Below are positions 29,259 through 38,686 of a stretch of DNA of 64,000 bases, piece after piece (within the stretch, counting starts at the first letter, position 1; the number at the start of each line of letters is the position of its first letter). Both the position numbers and the translations under genes were made by a program. The notes beneath the pieces were generated by a model. It had not been told where the DNA came from. It did no database searches and saw only the letters and a program-made list of their open reading frames with translations. Source of the stretch: Spirochaetia bacterium (GTDB lineage: Bacteria > Spirochaetota > Spirochaetia > UBA9216); assembly GCA_963675665.1 (NCBI GenBank), contig OY776510.1, positions 4,160,001 through 4,224,000 on the forward strand. The letters are read 5' to 3'.

Positions 29259-30011
29259 GTGAAATACTGCAATCATCCTTTTGCTCTTCCTACAGACAGG
29301 GCGAAAATCCATGCCATGGCCCTTATGAAAATGCTTGAAAATCATGGAAGAATAGATTTTGAAACGATTCCTCCGGCAACTGGCCCCGTTTCGGATGCCA
29401 GGTTGTCGACCTCGCTGCTGTTCAGCGAAAACAGGGGCCAGATGTTCGGCATCCTGTTATGTACAGCTCCTGATATTTATTCCGCTCCTGCTGTGCTGAA
29501 GGCTTTCTCGGGACAATATAACGGGCTTTGGGAGGTTCCGGGCTGGGCGCCGCCCCTTATAGATCCGGGAACCTTTGAGAACGCGGTACTGAAGGCCGAC
29601 CCTGCAATAAAGGAGCTGACGGCTAAAATCTCAAACCTGCCGACAAAGTCGGCCGAACGCGCTCTGCTAATTGACCGGCGCAGAGAACTTTCCCGGCGGC
29701 ATATGCATGAAATACACGAGATGTATACAATCCGGAATTTCGCCGGCGAATCAACTGATTTATTCAGCCTGTTTAAAGACCGCGGTGGCATCCCGGCAGG
29801 CACCGGCGACTGCTGCGCCCCGAAGCTACTCAATCATGCAATAGAACGAGGACTGAAGCCTTTAAGTCTTGCCGAGTTCTACTGGGGACGCGACAACCGT
29901 TCCGGCACAAGGAAGCATCGCCGGTTCTATCCGCCCTGCAATGAAAAATGCAGACCGCTTCTGGAGTTTATGCTTGTCGGCACGGAATTCAGCGGAGCCG
30001 GCAATGCCTGA
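29259..30011 (+). CDS. Stand-alone N-terminal domain of long-form RluA proteins
   Basis: GQMFGILL, LKAFSGQ, PAGTGDCCAPKLL, LAEFYWG and FYPPCNEKCRPLL. The true start may be ATG 29316. Confidence 0.75.
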   Translation: MKYCNHPFALPTDRAKIHAMALMKMLENHGRIDFETIPPATGPVSDARLSTSLLFSENRGQMFGILLCTAPDIYSAPAVLKAFSGQYNGLWEVPGWAPPLIDPGTFENAVLKADPAIKELTAKISNLPTKSAERALLIDRRRELSRRHMHEIHEMYTIRNFAGESTDLFSLFKDRGGIPAGTGDCCAPKLLNHAIERGLKPLSLAEFYWGRDNRSGTRKHRRFYPPCNEKCRPLLEFMLVGTEFSGAGNA

Positions 30012-30684
30012 AATACTCTACTCTGATAAATCAATAGTTGTAATTAACAAACCCGCCGGTATGCTGTCTGTTCCGGGACGCAGCCTTGGTATGCAGGACA
30101 GTGCGGCGCTGCGCATCAGAAAAAAATTTCACGGATGCATAGAGCAGCCTTCTGTTCACCGGCTTGATATGGACACCTCGGGCCTTATGGTCTTTGCATT
30201 AACAGTGGAGGCTCACCGAAACCTTTCGATTCAGTTCAGTAACTCAACCATAAAAAAAACCTATATTTCTGTACTGGACGGAATAATTGATAAACGCCTT
30301 GGAGCTTCAGGCCGTATTGAGCTGAAATTCCGCCTTGACATAGACAACCGGCCATACCAGATCTTCGATTCCGTTAACGGAAAAACGGGGATTACCCTAT
30401 GGAATAAGATTGAAGAAAAGAACGACCGGACACGTATTGAATTTATACCGCACACCGGCCGCACTCATCAGTTACGGCTGCATTCGGCGCATCCGGTCAA
30501 TTTTATGGACGGCTTAAACCATGGCGGACTCGGCTGCCCTGTCGCAGGAGACAGGCTATACGGAAACAGCAATGATGATGAACATGCTGCAGGCATACGA
30601 ATGCTTCTGCACGCTTCAGAGCTTGAGTTTGCACATCCCGATACCGGCGAATATCTGCATTTTTTTTGCGCCGCTCCATTTTAA
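30004..30684 (+). CDS. RluA-family pseudouridine synthase, catalytic domain
   Basis: ATG 30004 with a GGAG RBS, overlapping the upstream stop. NKPAGMLSVPG, VHRLDMDTSG, TGRTHQLRLH, GDRLYG, LHA. Confidence 0.92.
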   Translation: MPEILYSDKSIVVINKPAGMLSVPGRSLGMQDSAALRIRKKFHGCIEQPSVHRLDMDTSGLMVFALTVEAHRNLSIQFSNSTIKKTYISVLDGIIDKRLGASGRIELKFRLDIDNRPYQIFDSVNGKTGITLWNKIEEKNDRTRIEFIPHTGRTHQLRLHSAHPVNFMDGLNHGGLGCPVAGDRLYGNSNDDEHAAGIRMLLHASELEFAHPDTGEYLHFFCAAPF

Positions 30685-31376
30685 CCGGGAGCTTGCTCGT
30701 CCGCAAAAACTCCCGGCAGACGGCCGGTTATTTCAACAAAGCGCCCATAGAATTTCAGAAATAACCCTATAACGGGACCCAGCGAAAGCCCCACCAAAAA
30801 AGTTCCCCAGAATACGCCTACAAGCTTGCCGAAAAAAATAAAACTCAATGCAACGGCAATCGCCAGATTTGACAGATCAAAAACAAGTTTTACCCTGCTG
30901 AACCGAATACCATATTTCACGGAAATCTTCCGTACAAAAATGTCGAAAGGCAGCATCGGGAACCCGGACAATATAAAATTTGTAATGGCGAAGCTCATTA
31001 TCACAATAGCCCCGACAAGCATGATTACCCGCCCGAACGGAGAGTTCAATTGTAAATTCCCAAGAATAAATGTCCATAAGTCTATAACATACCCAAAAAG
31101 AACCGCAGACAGAAATGTCAGCAAGTATCTCAGGCGGATTTCACGAACCACAGTCAGCATTAATAAAAAAATTATGCCCTGATGAAGGTAGCTTAAAGTC
31201 CCGAATGAAAGAGTATCAATATAACGGCTGAGGACATAGGAAGGAGATGTCACAACAGCAACGCCGTAATTGGCTTTAACAGTAAGCACTACGCCTAAAG
31301 CAAGAAGAAATTGACCCGTAAAATAGGCAACAATATTATTCAGTTTAATTTTGTTCATTATATTAAAACCCGCCAT
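30681..31376 (-). CDS. YczE/YyaS/YitT-like membrane protein
   Basis: About 6 TM helices. ALGV.LTVKANYGV...TSPSYVLS and K..FD...G...GT. Confidence 0.75.
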   Translation of the reverse strand: MAGFNIMNKIKLNNIVAYFTGQFLLALGVVLTVKANYGVAVVTSPSYVLSRYIDTLSFGTLSYLHQGIIFLLMLTVVREIRLRYLLTFLSAVLFGYVIDLWTFILGNLQLNSPFGRVIMLVGAIVIMSFAITNFILSGFPMLPFDIFVRKISVKYGIRFSRVKLVFDLSNLAIAVALSFIFFGKLVGVFWGTFLVGLSLGPVIGLFLKFYGRFVEITGRLPGVFADEQAPG

Positions 31377-31454
31377 GGCTGAAAATAATTAGAATGCCCG
31401 GTATTCTATCATATGTAATTGAGTCTTGTGTACTAATAGAATAGAATACCTGCA

Positions 31455-32663
31455 ATGCATAAATGGCAAAAAAATCTTTATACAGTATGGTTTACCCAGT
31501 TTCTTTCCCTGATGGGTTTCGGGTTCGGAATGCCTTTTCTTCCTTTTTTTATTCAGGACCTGGGTGTTACAGATCCGGCGGCATTAAAAATGTGGACCGG
31601 CTGGCTGGCTTCGGCTCCGGCTCTCGCTATGGCGATTATGGCTCCGATTTGGGGTTATCTTGCGGACAAAAAGGGCAAAAAGATAATGCTGATAAGGGCA
31701 ATGCTCGGCGGAACCGTTGTAATGTTGGGGCTCGGCCTGTCAAAAACGGTATATGCCGTGCTGGTTTTCAGAACCCTGCAGGGCTTGCTGACCGGCACCG
31801 TAACATCAAGCGCCGCGCTTGTAGCAAGCGGAACACCTGATAAAAAACTTTCATATGCTCTTGGATTTATATCTTCCTCTACATTTATAGGATACTCGCT
31901 GGGGCCGGCAGCAGGCGGACTGATCGCAGAACACTTCGGTTACCGCCCAAGTTTTTTTATAGGTGCGGCAATTGTGTGCGTAGGCCTGGCCCTGGTTCTG
32001 CTTTTTATCGAGGAGCCGACGCCTGAAATGGCAGGACGAACAGAAGATGCTGAAGTCTCCGACAATAAACCCAAACATGAAACACGCGGGAGGAAAGGTT
32101 TCAGCGTAATTACGCCCATGCTTCTTATCCTTTTTCTGCTTTACTTTTTTATCAGAATGTCCAGAACAATGCCCACCCCGTTTTTACCGTTGTTTATACA
32201 GGAACTCAGGGGAACTATCGTGGGCAGTGCCAGAATAACCGGCATATTGTCCGGAGGGATCGGCTTGATGGCTGCTGTTTCCGGACTGACCCTAGCAAGA
32301 CTCGGCGACAAAATGAACAGGCTGAAACTGCTTTCGGTCCTTATCGGGGCAGGCGCGCTTTCCTCAGTTCTAATCCAGATTTTCCCAGGCTTTGCAGTTA
32401 TAACCCTGTCTCTTCTACTGACTTACTTCCTGATAGGCGGGGTTGAACCCCTGATAATGTCCATCACAAGCGAACAGGTTAATTCTTCAAGCCGGGGTTT
32501 TCTTTTTGGTATTCAGACAGCCGTCGGATCGCTCGCATGGTTCTTCTCTCCGCTGCTCGGAAGTATGGTATCTATCGCCTATTCCACAAAAACCGTATTC
32601 CTGCTTTTCTCCGTAATGCTCGGCATTACGTGGTTGATTTCTTTATTTGTCAGACGCATATAA
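31455..32663 (+). CDS. MFS transporter (DHA1/MdtG-like)
   Basis: WQKNLY.VW..QFLSLMG...PFLPFFIQDLG, motif A WGYLADKKGKK, about 12 TM. Confidence 0.92.
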   Translation: MHKWQKNLYTVWFTQFLSLMGFGFGMPFLPFFIQDLGVTDPAALKMWTGWLASAPALAMAIMAPIWGYLADKKGKKIMLIRAMLGGTVVMLGLGLSKTVYAVLVFRTLQGLLTGTVTSSAALVASGTPDKKLSYALGFISSSTFIGYSLGPAAGGLIAEHFGYRPSFFIGAAIVCVGLALVLLFIEEPTPEMAGRTEDAEVSDNKPKHETRGRKGFSVITPMLLILFLLYFFIRMSRTMPTPFLPLFIQELRGTIVGSARITGILSGGIGLMAAVSGLTLARLGDKMNRLKLLSVLIGAGALSSVLIQIFPGFAVITLSLLLTYFLIGGVEPLIMSITSEQVNSSSRGFLFGIQTAVGSLAWFFSPLLGSMVSIAYSTKTVFLLFSVMLGITWLISLFVRRI

Positions 32664-32785
32664 TTAAAACTATTATTTTATAAAACATCTCTTTTATAAA
32701 CATTTTACATAATTTACAATATGTTTACATTCGGTTTATCCTGAATAAATTGAAAAATGGTATTCTACGCGCGGAGGAAAATGTG

Positions 32786-34078
32786 ATGAAACGTTTATTT
32801 GTGGTGTATCTGCTGTTTCTGGCTGTTGCATCCTCACTACAAGCCGAACCGCTTGAGCTCAAGCTGGAAAACTGTATCGAACTTGCACTTGAGAATAATC
32901 CCGATTTTAAAATTTCCGGCATAAGCCTTGAAACTGCAAAACGCAATAACTCCAACAGCTGGAACAACTTCCTTCCGCAGCTGTCGGCAGGTGCGGGAGT
33001 CAGCGGAGATACCGTACTATTTTCCGGACAACCGGACTGGAGCTGGGGAATTAACGGATCGCTGAGTTTGAATCTTTCGCTTAACCCCGGAATCGCTTAT
33101 ACAATCAAATCAATAAAACTGGCATATGAAAAAGAGCAAATATCATTCGAAACAGCCAGAAGACAACTAATCAGCAATGTTGAAAAAGAATTCTATTATT
33201 TGATTACAAGTGAATCTAATCTTGAAATTGTAAAAGCAAATATGGAGCTTGCCCAAAAGAACTATCAGCAGGCACTGAGCAATTATAATTTCGGAATGGC
33301 ATCCGAATTATCAGTTCTCCAGGCTGAAGTAAACGCAGCCAATCTTGAACCTGCTTACAAACAAACAGTTGCTACACATGATTCCCGGGTTAAAGAGTTT
33401 CTTCTGGTCATTGGGATAGATCCTGAAACAGAAATTGAATTGAACGGAACTCTTGAAACAGACCTGATGGATTTTGATTCTGAAAAGCTCATATCACTTT
33501 ACCTGTCAAATCGACGGGATATAATTGCTCTCGGGAAGGAACTTGAAATACTTAACAACAGCCGAAGTCTTTCGGCTGCAAAAAGCCGGGCCCCTTCTCT
33601 CAGCTTGTCTTCAGGCTGGACAGTAAATAATTCACAACCCTGGCAGGACAAATTATCAGCCGGGTTAAGCCTCAGCATACCTATAGACGATTTCATCCCG
33701 GGCTCATCAACTTCAACCTCGCTGGCGGCACTTGACGACCAGATTACCCAGGCTGAAATTAATCTGGAAAAAACGATTAATCAAGCCCGGACGGAAATTA
33801 TCAATCTGATTAAACAGCTTGATACTTCTGCTTCGAATATGAAATTATCGGCAATGAATATTAGCCTTGCTGAAAAATCATATGAAATGACTGAAGAAAG
33901 TTTTGCTCACGGGACAACCAAGCGCCTTGACGTTGAAGACGCACAACAGGCGTTTCTTTCAGCAAAAAACCAGTATTTATCCAGCCAGTACGAATATCTT
34001 ACGGGGCTGATTGAACTTCGGGACGCGCTTGGAATGAACACTATGGAAGAGCTTTTTAAAGGAGTAAATCATGAATAA
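32786..34078 (+). CDS. TolC-family outer membrane efflux protein
   Basis: ATG 32786 after GGAGG. LENCIELALENNPD and two OEP-like halves; first gene of the RND operon. Confidence 0.9.
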   Translation: MKRLFVVYLLFLAVASSLQAEPLELKLENCIELALENNPDFKISGISLETAKRNNSNSWNNFLPQLSAGAGVSGDTVLFSGQPDWSWGINGSLSLNLSLNPGIAYTIKSIKLAYEKEQISFETARRQLISNVEKEFYYLITSESNLEIVKANMELAQKNYQQALSNYNFGMASELSVLQAEVNAANLEPAYKQTVATHDSRVKEFLLVIGIDPETEIELNGTLETDLMDFDSEKLISLYLSNRRDIIALGKELEILNNSRSLSAAKSRAPSLSLSSGWTVNNSQPWQDKLSAGLSLSIPIDDFIPGSSTSTSLAALDDQITQAEINLEKTINQARTEIINLIKQLDTSASNMKLSAMNISLAEKSYEMTEESFAHGTTKRLDVEDAQQAFLSAKNQYLSSQYEYLTGLIELRDALGMNTMEELFKGVNHE

Positions 34079-35105
34079 AAAACTGGATATAATTATAAAA
34101 CTTATAATTGCAGCTGCAATCATTTTAACCCTTGGTATTATGACGCTTCCGATTCTTGAGGAAAGAGGAATAATCTCGTCAAAAACTGAAGATACAACCG
34201 CTTCTTTCGGGGGTCAGGCAATGGGCGGTCAGCCTCCGTCAGGTGCGCCTTCCGGAGCTCCCTCGGGAGCACCCTCGGGAATGCCGAGCGGAGGCAAAAG
34301 CGCTGCTGCAGGCAAGGTAAATGCCCAGGCGGTTAAAGCCTATACGGCCGAAATCGGAACTGTTTCAAATTACATCAAGGTCAACGGGGATGTTGTTACT
34401 GATGTGGAAATTGACATTTATCCGGATGCCTCCGGTAAAATTACAAAACTCAATGCCTCTGTAGGCGATTACATTAGGACAGACCAGGTTATAGCTTCGG
34501 TAGATCCGTCGCTTCCGGGACAGAAATACGCCATAAGTTCGGTTTATTCAACAATAAACGGGACTGTTCTGAGTGTTAATGCTCAACCTGGAGATAAAGT
34601 AACTACCAACACTTCCATTATCACAGTTGGAGATTTGACAAACCTTAAATTAATCACTTATATTCCGGAAAAATACATAGGCAATCTCAAAACCGGACTA
34701 CCGGCACTTATCAGTTTTGCCGCCTATCCAAACGAAACATTTAAGGCAGCGATATCGGAGATCAGCCCGGTTGTTAATCCGGAATCACGTACAATTGAAA
34801 TAACCCTTGATATAAAGGAAGGGCGCAACAAGATAAAAACGGGAATGTTTGCCTCGATAAAACTGGCCACGGAACAGTCTGAGAATGTAGTTGCAATTCC
34901 GGAAAACGCGGTATTCACATATTACGGCAAGGATACTGTTTTTGTGGTCGGGGAAGACAATACTGTTAAGCGCAGAAACGTTGAAAAAGGACTTGAATCC
35001 TCTGAAATGGCGGAAATTACCAAAGGGCTGTCAGCCGGTGAAATTGTTGTCACCGAGGGGCAATCGCTTCTGAGCGAAGGTTCGGCTGTAAAAATCGTAG
35101 AGTAG
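34071..35105 (+). CDS. RND efflux periplasmic adaptor (MFP) with a short hairpin region
   Basis: IYPDASGKI...VGD, STINGTV, ISPVVNPESRTI, GMFA; (PSGA)n linker. Confidence 0.92.
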   Translation: MNKKLDIIIKLIIAAAIILTLGIMTLPILEERGIISSKTEDTTASFGGQAMGGQPPSGAPSGAPSGAPSGMPSGGKSAAAGKVNAQAVKAYTAEIGTVSNYIKVNGDVVTDVEIDIYPDASGKITKLNASVGDYIRTDQVIASVDPSLPGQKYAISSVYSTINGTVLSVNAQPGDKVTTNTSIITVGDLTNLKLITYIPEKYIGNLKTGLPALISFAAYPNETFKAAISEISPVVNPESRTIEITLDIKEGRNKIKTGMFASIKLATEQSENVVAIPENAVFTYYGKDTVFVVGEDNTVKRRNVEKGLESSEMAEITKGLSAGEIVVTEGQSLLSEGSAVKIVE

Positions 35106-35113
35106 GAGAAAAC

Positions 35114-38100
35114 ATGAATATTTCTGAACTTTCGGTAAAACGGCCTGTGGCGATTCTGATGGTATATATCCTCATCTGCGGAATAGCGGCTATCTTTGTT
35201 CCTCAGCTTGCCGTTGATATGTTCCCTTCAACAGAATTCCCCATGCTGATGGTTTCCTGCGAATATGAAGGCGCCGGGCCTGAAGAAGTAGAGAAAAATA
35301 TAACCGAACCGCTTGAAGAAGCTCTGGCAAGCCTTGAGGATCTTGAAGAGATCTCTTCAACCAGCTTTGAAGGCAGCACCAGGATAAGACTGAGCTACGG
35401 GTTCGGCAAGGATATGGACGAGGCGGCCGACGATATACAGAGCGTACTTGATTCCATAGGCAGAAGGCTTCCCGATGATGCGGACGATCCGGTGCTTCGG
35501 CAGTTCGACATGTCGGCCATGCCTATAATGCAGCTGGTAGTAACAGGCAACGCACCGATAGAGGAATTGAAGACTATTGCGGAAGAAATTGCCCAGCCCA
35601 TGCTGGAACGCGTTCCCGGAGTAGCTGAAGCCGGCGTAAGCGGCGGACAGGACAGGATAGTTAAGGTTACAATTTCAGCCAACAGGCTTGAGGCATACGG
35701 ATTAACCATGAGCCAGGTAGCATCGGCCCTGTCCAAACAGAACATACAGATGAGTTCCGGTGAAATAACATCGGACAATCTTGATTATCTTATAAGAACG
35801 GATGAAGAGTTCGAAAGCCTTGACGAAATTAAACAATGCGTAATCGACACTATAAGTGTTCCGGCGTCGAAATCTTCAGTAAACCGTTCAAATGTAGTCC
35901 GGCTTGAAGACATTGCCGATATTGAAATTGATTACGAAGAAAGCAGCTCCACTGTATATGTAAACGGTATTCCTAGTGTTTCATTAAGAGTTTCAGATGA
36001 ATCCGATTCAAACAGCATTCAGGTTGCCCGGGGCGTTAAAGAAGCTCTGGCATCAATAAATGAAGCGCTGCCTGAAGGAATCGAGCTTGTTGTTATATCG
36101 GATGACACCTCAATGACAGCATCCAGCATGAATCAGGTTTACCAGGCGGCTTTTCAGGGAATAATTCTTGCAGTCATCATAATATTTCTGTTTTTAAGAA
36201 GCCTTAAAAGTACGCTTGTAATTGCATTTTCACTCCCCATATCCATCCTTATTACGCTTGCCTGTATGTACTTTATGGGACTTACCCTTAACATGATGAC
36301 AATGTCGGGACTGATTCTCGGTGTCGGGATGATAGTCGACTGTTCAATTGTTATCCTTGAAAACATTCACAGATACAGGGAGCGCGGAGCAAAGGCCAAA
36401 GTAGCGGCCGTTCTGGGCAGCCGGGAAATGCTGTCGGCTATTGTAGCATCAACGCTGACCACGTTGTGCGTCTTCATTCCGGTCCTTCTGTTTAAAAGCG
36501 ATCTCGGGATGCTTGGAGAGATGTTTGAAGAGCTGGTAATAACCGTTATCATCTCGCTTGTATGTTCTCTCTTTGTAGCAGTCACACTTGTGCCCTCCCT
36601 GTGCGGCGGATATCTGAGGCTGGATACAAGAGTACAGAAACCGCTCAAGCTTGGATTTCTCAGATTTTTCGACAACACCTCGGAGAGAATTCTGACGGGT
36701 CTTGAAAATGCCTACCGGAAAGCGCTGAATTTTGTTCTTGATAACAAGTTCCTGGTACTCTCCCTGGTGCTTGTTGTATTTGTCTGGTCGGTTCAGCAGT
36801 TTACAAGCCTCGGAATGAATATGGGAATGAGGGCCACTACGGATGATCAGATATCAATTAGCCTTTCCATGCCAGAGGGCACAACCTCTGATGTTACCGA
36901 AGAAAATCTTTTTGCAATGGCCGAAATAATCGAGGCAGAGGTTCAGGATTATGAAAACCTGATAATTTTCTCAAGAGGCGGGAACTCCGGAAGCATTGAC
37001 ATAAGTCTGCCGGATCCTGAAGAGCAGACCCAGTCAACATCCGAAATTATGGGAATTCTCCGCGGCTACCTTACAAATTTTCCTTCAGCAGTCTTCACCT
37101 TCAGCGCCGGAAGGCGGTTCGGAAATCAATCTGCAGTTGACGTGGCAATATATTCCGAGGATGTTGATCTCTCGGAATCGGTTGCCGATGAAATAGTTAC
37201 TATTCTGCAGTCTGTGCCGGAAGTCCTTGACCCGGTTTCAAGCCTTGAAGCCGGTGGTCCGGAAATGCAGATAAAAATAGACCGCGACAGAGCTGCCGCA
37301 CTCGGCATTTCGATTACTACAATAGGAACAGAGGTAAAAGCTCTTCTGAACGGAGTTACAGCAACAACCTTCAGACTTGACGGTGAGGAAATGAATATTG
37401 AGCTTCAGCTTGATGAAAAAGACAAGGCTACAATGGTTGATTTAAGCTCTTTTTATATTACCGGAAACAGCGGACGAATACCGCTGTCAAATGTTGCGGT
37501 ACTCGAAGAAAGCCGATCGCCAAGTTCAATAGACAGGGAAAACCGTACCAGGATAATACATGTTACAGCTGATGCAAATGCCTCCGCGGCAGTATCCGAA
37601 CTTACGCCGCTTGTTGAATCTGTTCTTGCCAATCAGTTGGTCCTTCCTCAAGGTGTAACAATCGAAATGGGCGGCGAATTCCGCCAGATGCAGGAGTTTA
37701 ATTCCTCAATTATTATAATCGTGATTGTCGCAATTCTTCTGGTTTTCGGGGTAATGGCTGCCCAGTTCGAGTCACTGCTTGATCCGTTCATAATTCTATT
37801 TTCCATTCCTCTGCTGCTGATTGGAGTTTCGGCAATTTACAGGATTACCGGTCAGCCGTTCAGTACATATGCGGCGGTCGGTATCGTTGCGCTTGTAGGG
37901 GTTGTTGTAAACAATGCAATTGTACTGGTAGATTATACCAACATCCTCAGAGGTCGGGGACGCCCGCTGCGCGAGGCCTGTCTTGAAGCAGGCTCACACC
38001 GCATGAGACCAATCCTTATGACCAGTCTTACTACAATTCTGGGCATGGTTCCGATGGCGTTCTTTCCGGGCGAAGGAGCTGAACAGATCCAGCCGATAGG

Positions 38101-38257
38101 ACAGACAATGGTCGGCGGACTGATATCCAGTACCTTTATGACGCTCTTTGTTGTACCGTCGATGTACTACATCCTGAACCGGGGCATTGAAAAACGACGA
38201 GATGCCAGAAAGCTCAAACTGCAGTTGGCTATTAAAGCTGAAGGAGAAACCGTCTGA
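35114..38257 (+). CDS. RND efflux permease (AcrB/AcrD/AcrF family)
   Basis: SVKRPVA, GMIVDCSIVILENI, GVVVNNAIVLVD, RMRPILMTSLTT. Confidence 0.96.
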   Translation: MNISELSVKRPVAILMVYILICGIAAIFVPQLAVDMFPSTEFPMLMVSCEYEGAGPEEVEKNITEPLEEALASLEDLEEISSTSFEGSTRIRLSYGFGKDMDEAADDIQSVLDSIGRRLPDDADDPVLRQFDMSAMPIMQLVVTGNAPIEELKTIAEEIAQPMLERVPGVAEAGVSGGQDRIVKVTISANRLEAYGLTMSQVASALSKQNIQMSSGEITSDNLDYLIRTDEEFESLDEIKQCVIDTISVPASKSSVNRSNVVRLEDIADIEIDYEESSSTVYVNGIPSVSLRVSDESDSNSIQVARGVKEALASINEALPEGIELVVISDDTSMTASSMNQVYQAAFQGIILAVIIIFLFLRSLKSTLVIAFSLPISILITLACMYFMGLTLNMMTMSGLILGVGMIVDCSIVILENIHRYRERGAKAKVAAVLGSREMLSAIVASTLTTLCVFIPVLLFKSDLGMLGEMFEELVITVIISLVCSLFVAVTLVPSLCGGYLRLDTRVQKPLKLGFLRFFDNTSERILTGLENAYRKALNFVLDNKFLVLSLVLVVFVWSVQQFTSLGMNMGMRATTDDQISISLSMPEGTTSDVTEENLFAMAEIIEAEVQDYENLIIFSRGGNSGSIDISLPDPEEQTQSTSEIMGILRGYLTNFPSAVFTFSAGRRFGNQSAVDVAIYSEDVDLSESVADEIVTILQSVPEVLDPVSSLEAGGPEMQIKIDRDRAAALGISITTIGTEVKALLNGVTATTFRLDGEEMNIELQLDEKDKATMVDLSSFYITGNSGRIPLSNVAVLEESRSPSSIDRENRTRIIHVTADANASAAVSELTPLVESVLANQLVLPQGVTIEMGGEFRQMQEFNSSIIIIVIVAILLVFGVMAAQFESLLDPFIILFSIPLLLIGVSAIYRITGQPFSTYAAVGIVALVGVVVNNAIVLVDYTNILRGRGRPLREACLEAGSHRMRPILMTSLTTILGMVPMAFFPGEGAEQIQPIGQTMVGGLISSTFMTLFVVPSMYYILNRGIEKRRDARKLKLQLAIKAEGETV

Positions 38258-38541
38258 TGAAACGTGTAGAAATAATAACGAACCTTTCCATATCGGTAGA
38301 TTTGCTTGAAGAGCTGGAACTGCGCGGACTGGCAAACGGTTATACCCTGATTCCAAAAGTCCACGGACGGGGAAACAAGGGAACCCGTCTGGGCAGTCCT
38401 CTCTGGCCGGAAGAAAACTGCATGTATCTGCTTTATCTTGAAGACGACGCCGTCACCGGCGTAAAAGAAGCAATAAAAAAGATAAAGAAAAAATTCCCCA
38501 ATGAAGGAACCAAATGTTTTATTTCACCTGTTGAAACATGA
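38257..38541 (+). CDS. PII-like transporter-associated small protein (PG0541 type)
   Basis: YTLIPKVHGRG..G.RLGS..WPEEN; coupled to the RND permease stop. Confidence 0.8.
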   Translation: MKRVEIITNLSISVDLLEELELRGLANGYTLIPKVHGRGNKGTRLGSPLWPEENCMYLLYLEDDAVTGVKEAIKKIKKKFPNEGTKCFISPVET

Positions 38542-38576
38542 CATTTATTTTTCAATAATTGTTAATGCACTTCCCT

Positions 38577-38624
38577 ACTGGAGACTGCTGCGAAAGTTTT
38601 TTGCGGCGGTCTCCGGTTTTTTTT
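38577..38624 (+). terminator. Rho-independent terminator of the RND operon
   Basis: CTGGAGACTGCTGCGAAA / TTTTGCGGCGGTCTCCGG followed by T8. Confidence 0.85.
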
Positions 38625-38686
38625 AATCAAACTTTTAAATATAATTTATCATTCGGCGTTTCAAACACCGTATTCAGCCGCCGACT

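Noticed and set aside
29869-30003. Longer RluA start (TTG 29869)
   Set aside because: It lies inside the upstream gene. ATG 30004 has an RBS and begins at the catalytic-domain boundary.
34236-34292. 12-bp tandem repeat in the MFP gene as a contingency locus
   Set aside because: It encodes (PSGA)n with diverged synonymous codons, so it is an ordinary low-complexity linker.
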